A stretch of DNA of 64,000 bases from Deltaproteobacteria bacterium (lineage in GTDB: Bacteria > Myxococcota_A > UBA9042 > CAIXZC01): NCBI GenBank assembly GCA_016875215.1, contig VGRX01000001.1, positions 11,312 through 75,311 on the forward strand, in the 5' to 3' direction. How positions within the stretch are numbered: the stretch's first letter is position 1; every line of letters begins with the position of its first letter. Position numbers and translations under genes: made by a program. Shown piece by piece: positions 57,675-64,000 of the stretch. The notes under the pieces are model-generated. The model was not told the DNA's origin, did not search any database, and was given only the letters and a program-made list of their open reading frames with translations.

Positions 57675-57702
57675 ATTATAGCGCCAAAGGGGGGGAATGC
57701 AA
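57675..57702 (-). promoter_or_regulatory. sigma-70-like promoter TTGCAT-N16-TATAAT on the minus strand upstream of the 57621 gene
   Basis: Reverse complement reads ttgcattccccccctttggcgctataat. Confidence 0.4.
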
Positions 57703-57713
57703 CAGCGGGCGGC

Positions 57714-58145
57714 CTACTCCTCGGCCTTCTCTTCTTCCTTCTTCTCTTCCTTGTCGAGCTTCTTCTCCATGGCTGCCGTGGTCACGTGCTCGGAGCCGAT
57801 GAGCTCGATGATGCCGGTCTCGGCCGCGTCACCGCGGCGCTGACCGAGCGGGATGATGCGGCTGTAGCCGCCGTGCCGGTCAGCAAAACGCGGTGCGATC
57901 TCCGAGAAGAGCTTGGCGACCGCGGCATCGGTGAACAGCGTCTGCGCGGCCAGGCGGCGGGCATGAAGAGTGCCTTTCTTGCCGAGCGTAATCAGCTTGT
58001 CCACTTCCTGCTTGAGCACCTTGCAGCGCCCCAGCGTGGTCTTTATCGAAAAGTTCTCGATGAGGGAGGTCAGGAGGTTCCGGACCAGGGCCTTGCGGTG
58101 CGACGGGTTCCGGCCGAGCCGGTGAATGGGTTTGCGGTGTCTCAT
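57714..58145 (-). CDS. rplQ: 50S ribosomal protein L17
   Basis: MRHRKPIHRLGRNPSHRKAL... Confidence 0.95.
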   Translation of the reverse strand: MRHRKPIHRLGRNPSHRKALVRNLLTSLIENFSIKTTLGRCKVLKQEVDKLITLGKKGTLHARRLAAQTLFTDAAVAKLFSEIAPRFADRHGGYSRIIPLGQRRGDAAETGIIELIGSEHVTTAAMEKKLDKEEKKEEEKAEE

Positions 58146-58156
58146 GGCAACCTCTC

Positions 58157-59158
58157 CTACTCCTTGGGCGCGTTGGGGGCCTTGCCGGGGTCGAAGCCCT
58201 CGAGCTTCATCCCGAGTTGGAGCCCCATCCCGGCCAGCACTTCCTTGATCTCCTTCAGGCTCTTGCGGCCGAAGTTCTTGGTCTTGAGCATGTCCGCTTC
58301 GCTACGCTGAACCAGCTCGCCGATGAAGCGGATGCTTGCGTTCTTGAGGCAGTTGGCGCTGCGGACGGACAGCTCCAACTCCTCCACCGGGCGGTAGAGG
58401 TTGGGGCTGAGGATATCCGCGTGATCCCGCTCTTCGTGGTAGTCGACCGGGACCGCTTCGTCGAACCCGATGAAGATCTGGAGCTGGTCCTTGAGGATCT
58501 TGGCAGCCAGGCCGAGCGCATCCCGGGGGCCGATCGACCCGTCGGTCTCGATCTCCATGACCAGCTTGTCCAGGTCGGTATCCTCGCCGGCACGGGCGTT
58601 GGTGACGCTGTAGTTGGCCTTGATGATGGGGGAGAACAGCGAGTCCACGACCACGGTACCGATGGGGAGCTCACCGAGACGGTGCTTCTCGGCGGGAACG
58701 TAGCCGCGGCCCATGGAAGCGGTCATCTCGACCCGGAGGCGTCCCCCCTCGACCACCGTCGCGAGATAGTGGTCGGGGTTGAGGAGCTGGACCGTGTGGT
58801 CCCCGGCAATGTCCCCGGCATGGACCCGTGCGGGTCCCTTGATGTCGAGGGACAGGGTTCGCGGCTCCCCTTCCGGAACGGTGAGGCGGACCCCCTTGAG
58901 GTTCAGGATGATGTCCGCGACGTCTTCCTGGACTCCGGGGATTGCAGAGAACTCGTGCAGCGCTCCGTCCACCTTGACCGTGACGACGGCCGCTCCGCGC
59001 ACGGACGAGATGAGAATCCTGCGCAACGCGTTGCCGATGGTCACGCCGAATCCGCGCTCGAAGGGCGCGCAGGAGAAGATGCCGAGGCGTCCGCTCCTGC
59101 CGACCTTGTCGGCTTCGACTTCCTTCGGCCTTCTCAGCTTGACCCAATGTCTGTACAT
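58157..59158 (-). CDS. rpoA: DNA-directed RNA polymerase subunit alpha
   Basis: Full-length RpoA similarity ([11 protein letters not shown]-terminal domain [10 protein letters not shown]). Start MYRHWVKL chosen. Confidence 0.9.
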   Translation of the reverse strand: MYRHWVKLRRPKEVEADKVGRSGRLGIFSCAPFERGFGVTIGNALRRILISSVRGAAVVTVKVDGALHEFSAIPGVQEDVADIILNLKGVRLTVPEGEPRTLSLDIKGPARVHAGDIAGDHTVQLLNPDHYLATVVEGGRLRVEMTASMGRGYVPAEKHRLGELPIGTVVVDSLFSPIIKANYSVTNARAGEDTDLDKLVMEIETDGSIGPRDALGLAAKILKDQLQIFIGFDEAVPVDYHEERDHADILSPNLYRPVEELELSVRSANCLKNASIRFIGELVQRSEADMLKTKNFGRKSLKEIKEVLAGMGLQLGMKLEGFDPGKAPNAPKE

Positions 59159-59183
59159 GCGCTTCCTCCCCGTCCGTTTCGCC

Positions 59184-59807
59184 TTACTTGGAGTACAACT
59201 CCACGATGAGGGATTCCTGGACCGGCAGGTCGACATCCTCACGTGCCGGCAGTGCCACCACCTTGGCGGTCATCTCCTTGCGGTCCACTTCAAGCCAGCC
59301 GGGGGCTTCCCGGGAGGGGCTTTCCACGCGCACCGACAGGCTGCCGTGGGTCTTGCTGGTTTCCTTGACCGTGACGGTCTGCCCGGCCTTGACGACATAG
59401 GACGGGACGTTGACCATCCGGCCATTCACCAGGATGTGCCGGTGCAGCACGAACTGCCGGGCTTCGGCGCGGCTGGCAGCGAACCCGCATCGGTAGATCA
59501 CGTTGTCGAGCCGGCGCTCCAGGAGCTGGAGCATGTTGGCACCGGTGATCCCCTTCATGCGCACAGCCTTGGCAAAGACGATCCGGAACTGCCGCTCGAG
59601 GATTCCGTAGGTCCGACGGACCTTCTGCTTCTCCCGGAGCTGGATTCCGTAGTCCGACTTCTTGCCACGCGACTGGCCGTGCTGGCCAGGGGCGTACTGG
59701 CGCCGTTCGAGCGCGCATTTCTCGGTGCTGCAGCGGTCTCCCTTGAGGAAGAGCTTGATGCCTTCCCGCCGGCACAGCCTGCACTTTGCTTCGGTATATC
59801 TCGCCAC
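59184..59807 (-). CDS. rpsD: 30S ribosomal protein S4
   Basis: [16 protein letters not shown]... Confidence 0.95.
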   Translation of the reverse strand: MARYTEAKCRLCRREGIKLFLKGDRCSTEKCALERRQYAPGQHGQSRGKKSDYGIQLREKQKVRRTYGILERQFRIVFAKAVRMKGITGANMLQLLERRLDNVIYRCGFAASRAEARQFVLHRHILVNGRMVNVPSYVVKAGQTVTVKETSKTHGSLSVRVESPSREAPGWLEVDRKEMTAKVVALPAREDVDLPVQESLIVELYSK

Positions 59808-59824
59808 GTTGCTCCTCCTTGCCG

Positions 59825-60214
59825 CTACACTCTACGACGCTTCTTGGGACGGCAGCCGTTGTGCGGCATCGGCGTGATGTCCCGGATCAGGGTGACCTTG
59901 AGGCCGGCTGCCGCCAGGGCGCGCACGGCAGCCTCGCGGCCGCTGCCCGGACCCTTGACGAGGACGGTCACGCTCTGCATGCCGTGCTCCATGGCCTTGC
60001 GGGCAGCATCTTCCGCGGCGGTGGTGGCTGCAAAGGGGGTGGACTTCTTGCTCCCCTTGAAGCCCTTGACACCGGCGGTGGACCAACTCACGGTGTTGCC
60101 CCGGAGATCGGTCAGCGTGACCACGGTGTTGTTGAAAGTGGACTGAACGTGCGCTACGCCCACCGGGATGTTCTTCTTGATCTTCTTCTTGCCTGCTCTC
60201 GGTGCCTTGGCCAT
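59825..60214 (-). CDS. rpsK: 30S ribosomal protein S11
   Basis: [17 protein letters not shown]... Confidence 0.95.
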   Translation of the reverse strand: MAKAPRAGKKKIKKNIPVGVAHVQSTFNNTVVTLTDLRGNTVSWSTAGVKGFKGSKKSTPFAATTAAEDAARKAMEHGMQSVTVLVKGPGSGREAAVRALAAAGLKVTLIRDITPMPHNGCRPKKRRRV

Positions 60215-60224
60215 GGCTTCCCCC

Positions 60225-60608
60225 TTACTTCTTGCCGCCGATCTTCTTCTTCTTGACTGCCGCGCGCCGCGGGCCCTTCCGGGTCCGGGCGTTGGTGTGG
60301 GTACGCTGTCCCCTCACCGGCAGCCCCCTTCGGTGGCGGAGCCCCCGATAGCAGCCGAGGTCCATGAGCCGCTTGATGCTGGCAGCCACGTCCCGGCGAA
60401 GCTCGCCTTCCACCTTCACTTCGGAATCGATGACCTCACGAAGCTTGGCAACTTCGCCGTCCGTGAGGTTGTCCGAACGCACCGAGCCATCGACACCGGC
60501 CTTATGGCAGATCAGATCCGCCTTGAACCGCCCGATCCCGTGGATGGCGGTACGTGCGATGTCGATGCGCTTGCTTCTGGGTAGGTCAACGCCCGCAATA
60601 CGTGCCAT
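60225..60608 (-). CDS. rpsM: 30S ribosomal protein S13
   Basis: [18 protein letters not shown]... Confidence 0.95.
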   Translation of the reverse strand: MARIAGVDLPRSKRIDIARTAIHGIGRFKADLICHKAGVDGSVRSDNLTDGEVAKLREVIDSEVKVEGELRRDVAASIKRLMDLGCYRGLRHRRGLPVRGQRTHTNARTRKGPRRAAVKKKKIGGKK

Positions 60609-60610
60609 GT

Positions 60611-60724
60611 CTACACCTTCCTAGCCTTGCCGCTGCTTGTGTCGGCGGTTCTCGCAGATGACCCGCACGACGCCCTTGCGCTTGATCACGCGACACTTCT
60701 CGCAAATCTTCTTCACCGACGAAC
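60611..60724 (-). CDS. rpmJ: 50S ribosomal protein L36
   Basis: Reverse complement encodes [37 protein letters not shown]. Not in the ORF track (too short). Confidence 0.9.
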
Positions 60725-60742
60725 GAACCTTCATGACACCAC

Positions 60743-60973
60743 CTATTTCGGTTTCCCGACCGAGCGGTACACGATCCGCCCGCGGGTCAGGTCATAGGGT
60801 GACAACTCGATCTTCACGCGGTCGCCAGGGAGGATCCGGACGAAATGCATGCGCATCTTGCCGGCCACATGAGCCAGGACACGATGGCCGTTTTCCAGCT
60901 CCACCCGGAACATTGCGTTGGGCAACGGCTCGACGACCGTCCCTTCCACCTCGATTCCTTCTTCCTTCGCCAT
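60743..60973 (-). CDS. infA: translation initiation factor IF-1
   Basis: [30 protein letters not shown]... Confidence 0.95.
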   Translation of the reverse strand: MAKEEGIEVEGTVVEPLPNAMFRVELENGHRVLAHVAGKMRMHFVRILPGDRVKIELSPYDLTRGRIVYRSVGKPK

Positions 60974-60982
60974 AGTCCGTCC

Positions 60983-61618
60983 TCAGCTCCCCAGGAGCCC
61001 CTTGACCGCGTCGAACACGGCCTCGGGGGTCTTCCCGGTGCCGTTCACCTCCTTCACACTGCCGAAACGGCTGTAATACTCCACCAGCGGCATGGTCTGC
61101 TGGCGATAGACTTCGAGCCGGTTGCGCACCGTGGCCTCGTTGTCATCGGCCCGTTGCACCAGTGCTCCGCCGCAGGCATCGCACGTCATGGCGACCTTGG
61201 GTACCAGGAACGTGCGGTGATACATGGCCCCGCACTTCGGGCACGTCAGGCGGCCGGTGAGCCGCTCGACGATCTCGTCCGCATCCACCACGATGTTGAG
61301 GACCAGGTCGATGGGCACCCCCATTTCGTGGAGTGCCTCGGCCTGGGCCAGGGTGCGGGGGAAGCCATCCAGGATGAAGCCCCTGGCCATGTCCGGGGCC
61401 TTGAGCCGCTCGGACACGATGCCCACGACGACGTCGTCGGGGACCAGCTCGCCCGCGGCCATGCGGCGTCCCGCCTCGAGCCCGAGAGCGGTCCCCTTGG
61501 CCTTGGCCTCGCGCAGCATGTCGCCGGTCGAGACCTGCGGGATCCCGAGCCGCTCCATGATCTTGCGCGCCTGGGTGCCCTTTCCGGCCCCCGGAGCCCC
61601 CAACAGGATGATCTTCAT
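60983..61618 (-). CDS. adk: adenylate kinase (zinc-lid type)
   Basis: [11 protein letters not shown]-loop; CPKCG...CDACG lid. Confidence 0.95.
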   Translation of the reverse strand: MKIILLGAPGAGKGTQARKIMERLGIPQVSTGDMLREAKAKGTALGLEAGRRMAAGELVPDDVVVGIVSERLKAPDMARGFILDGFPRTLAQAEALHEMGVPIDLVLNIVVDADEIVERLTGRLTCPKCGAMYHRTFLVPKVAMTCDACGGALVQRADDNEATVRNRLEVYRQQTMPLVEYYSRFGSVKEVNGTGKTPEAVFDAVKGLLGS

Positions 61619-62940
61619 ATCGCTCTCCTGCCCTTGATCCGAGGCCCTCGCCCGCCTGCGAAGCCCTCGTAGTTGCGGGAGATGAGGTGATACTCGATCT
61701 GCTGCGCCGTGTCAAGCGCAACGCCCACCACGATCAGGAGCGACGTGCCGCCGAAGTAGAACGGGACGCCGAAGCTCGCCTGGAGATAGGTCGGGAGCAC
61801 GCAGATGGCCGACATGTACATCGCGCCGCCGAACGTGATGCGGGACAGGACCCGCTCGATGTAGTCCGCCGTCCGCTTGCCGGGCCGGATACCGGGGATG
61901 AACCCGCCCTGTTTCTTCAGGTTGTCCGCCACGTCGACGGGGTTGAAGGTGACCGCGGTGTAGAAGTAGCAGAAGAAGACGATCAGCGCCACGTACGCGA
62001 CGTTGTAGACGAGCTGGCCGGGCACGAGCTTGGCATTCATCCAGTTGACCCAGGTCGCTCCGGGAAACAGGTTGCCCAGCGTGCTCGGGAACATCAGGAC
62101 GGACGATGCAAAGATGGGCGGGATCACGCCCGCGCTGTTGACCTTGAGCGGCAGCATCGTGGTCTGGCCGCCGTACACCTTGCGTCCGACGACCCGCTTG
62201 GCGTACTGGACCGGGATGCGGCGCTGGCCCCGCTCGAAGAACACGATGGCGCCGATGACGGCCAGCACGAGCACGCCGATGAGGACGAGGGTGATGGGTT
62301 CGAGCTTGCCCCCTTCGAAGGTGGACAGCTTGAGCGTCTGGATCAGGGCATCGGGCAGGCTCGCCACGATGCCGGCGAAGATGATGATGGAAATGCCGTT
62401 TCCGATGCCCCGCTCGGTGATCCGCTCACCCAGCCACATCAGGAACGCCGTGCCGGTGGTCAGGGCGAGCACGGTCAGCAGCTTGAACCCGATGCCGTGC
62501 GAGAGCACCATGCCCTTGGCCACCGAGCCGGAGAGGCTCTCGAGCCAGGAAGCGATCGCGAACCCCTGGAACAGCGACAGGAGCACCGTGCCGTAGCGCG
62601 TGTACTGGTTGATCTTGCGTCGCCCCTGCTCCCCTTCCTTCTGGAGACGTTCGAGGGACGGGATCACGACCGCCATGAGCTGGAGAATGATGCTCGCGCT
62701 GATGTACGGCATGATACCGAGCGCAAACACCGAGAGCTGGCTCATGGCGCCGCCGGAGAACAGGTCGAACAGGCCGGCAAGGCCCGTGCTGCCAGTCCGC
62801 ATGTACTGGTCCATGATGGTGCGGTCGACGCCTGGCACGCTGACGAACACGCCGACCCGGTAGACGGCCAGCATGAACAGCGTGTACAGGAGCCGCTTGC
62901 TCAGCTCGGGCACACTGCCGATGTTCCTCAGGCTAGCCAC
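61615..62940 (-). CDS. secY: preprotein translocase subunit SecY
   Basis: 441 aa, 10 TM; canonical SecY blocks. Confidence 0.95.
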   Translation of the reverse strand: MASLRNIGSVPELSKRLLYTLFMLAVYRVGVFVSVPGVDRTIMDQYMRTGSTGLAGLFDLFSGGAMSQLSVFALGIMPYISASIILQLMAVVIPSLERLQKEGEQGRRKINQYTRYGTVLLSLFQGFAIASWLESLSGSVAKGMVLSHGIGFKLLTVLALTTGTAFLMWLGERITERGIGNGISIIIFAGIVASLPDALIQTLKLSTFEGGKLEPITLVLIGVLVLAVIGAIVFFERGQRRIPVQYAKRVVGRKVYGGQTTMLPLKVNSAGVIPPIFASSVLMFPSTLGNLFPGATWVNWMNAKLVPGQLVYNVAYVALIVFFCYFYTAVTFNPVDVADNLKKQGGFIPGIRPGKRTADYIERVLSRITFGGAMYMSAICVLPTYLQASFGVPFYFGGTSLLIVVGVALDTAQQIEYHLISRNYEGFAGGRGPRIKGRRAI

Positions 62941-63385
62941 GGGTTACCTCCGCCTTGCCGCCCTTCTCCTCGATCTTGGCGACCGCGGACTTGGAGAAGG
63001 CATCGAGCTTCACGGTGAGCCGCTTCTCGAGAGTCCCCTTGCCCAGGCACTTGACGCCGTCGGGGCGCCCCTTGACCAGGCCGATTGCCCGGAGTGAGTC
63101 CAGGTCCACCACCGCGTCATCATCGAACCGGTTGAGCTGGGAGACGTTGATCCAGACGAAGTCCTCGGCGAACACGTTGTTGAAGCCGCGCTTGGGCAGC
63201 CGGCGGTACAGCGGCATTTGGCCGCCTTCGAAGAACGGACGGACCTTGCCCTTGCCAGCCCGGGCCCTCTGCCCCTTGTGCCCCTTGCCCGACGTCTTGC
63301 CCAGCCCGCTGCCGACGCCGCGTCCGACCCGGCGGCGAGTCTTGGTTGCCCCTTCCGGAGGGGTGAGATTGGACAGCTCCTTCAT
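62933..63385 (-). CDS. rplO: 50S ribosomal protein L15
   Basis: [22 protein letters not shown]. Confidence 0.95.
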   Translation of the reverse strand: MKELSNLTPPEGATKTRRRVGRGVGSGLGKTSGKGHKGQRARAGKGKVRPFFEGGQMPLYRRLPKRGFNNVFAEDFVWINVSQLNRFDDDAVVDLDSLRAIGLVKGRPDGVKCLGKGTLEKRLTVKLDAFSKSAVAKIEEKGGKAEVTRG

Positions 63386-63387
63386 GG

Positions 63388-63570
63388 TCAGACCTCCTCG
63401 ACCTTCAGCAGGTGGATGACCTTGTTGACCATTCCACGGTTGGCTGGAATGTCCTCGAGCACCCGGACTTCGTGGAGCTTTCGAAAGCCGAGGGAGCGGA
63501 TGCAGTCGTGCTGGACCTTTTTGCCCCCGATGGTGCTCTTCACGTACGTTACCTTGAGCTTCTTTGCCAT
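63388..63570 (-). CDS. rpmD: 50S ribosomal protein L30
   Basis: MAKKLKVTYVKSTIG... Confidence 0.9.
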   Translation of the reverse strand: MAKKLKVTYVKSTIGGKKVQHDCIRSLGFRKLHEVRVLEDIPANRGMVNKVIHLLKVEEV

Positions 63571-63576
63571 GGCAGC

Positions 63577-64000
63577 CTACCTCGTCCGGATCTCTTCCAC
63601 CGACTTGCTCCGCCGCGTGGCCATCTGCTCCGCGGACGTGAGGGTCATGAGCGCCTTGAGCGTGGCCTTGACCACGTTGTGTGCATTGGTCGTGCCGATG
63701 ACCTTGGTCAGGATGTTCTGCACGCCGGCTGCCTCGAGCACGGCACGCATGGCACCACCGGCGATGATGCCGGTACCCGGCCCGGCCGGACGCAGGACCA
63801 CGCGGGCGGCCCCGAATTTCACGAAGGTCTCGTGTGGGATGGTCCCCTTGATGATGGACACCTTCACCATGCTCCGCTCGGCACGCTCGGAGGCCTTCCG
63901 CATCGCCTCGGGGACTTCGCGGGCCTTGCCGACGCCGATGCCGACGCTCCCGTCACCGTCGCCCTTCACGACGATGGCAGCGAAGCTGAACCGACGGCCA
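63577..64000 (-). CDS. rpsE: 30S ribosomal protein S5 (C-terminal part; N-terminus beyond window end)
   Basis: [17 protein letters not shown]... The frame runs off the window. Confidence 0.9.
   Translation of the reverse strand, partial: GRRFSFAAIVVKGDGDGSVGIGVGKAREVPEAMRKASERAERSMVKVSIIKGTIPHETFVKFGAARVVLRPAGPGTGIIAGGAMRAVLEAAGVQNILTKVIGTTNAHNVVKATLKALMTLTSAEQMATRRSKSVEEIRTR

Overview
This is a high-GC (~66%) bacterial chromosomal segment. The many Cys-rich secreted repeat proteins (CxDGNxCTxDxCDPxxGC units), the abundance of lipoproteins and a CotH/C-type-lectin protein point to a Myxococcota-like organism. The 3' end (57.7-64 kb, minus strand) holds a conserved ribosomal spc/alpha operon segment (rpsE-rpmD-rplO-secY-adk-infA-rpmJ-rpsM-rpsK-rpsD-rpoA-rplQ). 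The rest is largely accessory. It contains a CotH kinase-family lipoprotein with two C-type lectin domains, mntP behind a twin palindromic operator, class II fba, a metzincin and a VapBC pair. A repeat-rich degraded island (12.4-19.1 kb) carries REP/BIME-like clusters, a duplicated degenerate lipoprotein minigene, a tyrosine-recombinase remnant and a frameshifted acyltransferase-like remnant. Two inverted giant paralogous Cys-rich repeat proteins (1182 and 1280 aa) have divergent C-terminal domains. They flank a 12 kb block that includes a tight operon of a Kazal/Cys-rich lipoprotein, a LuxI/NAS-like acyltransferase fused to a cNMP-binding domain, HrpB helicase and a beta-helix-like lipoprotein. 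Also present are a lipoprotein-type PIMT, a two-component pair, an MBL-fold lipoprotein, an SDR epimerase, a 4Fe-4S protein, a nucleoside-phosphorylase-family protein, and a pair of orphan ATPase cassettes (DUF4143 and DUF234 types) that share promoter/upstream blocks. A duplicated gene fragment lies upstream of the first ATPase cassette. A MazEF pair and a UbiB/ABC1-kinase gene complete the set. Many long antisense 'shadow' ORFs in the track are artefacts of GC-richness and were not called.
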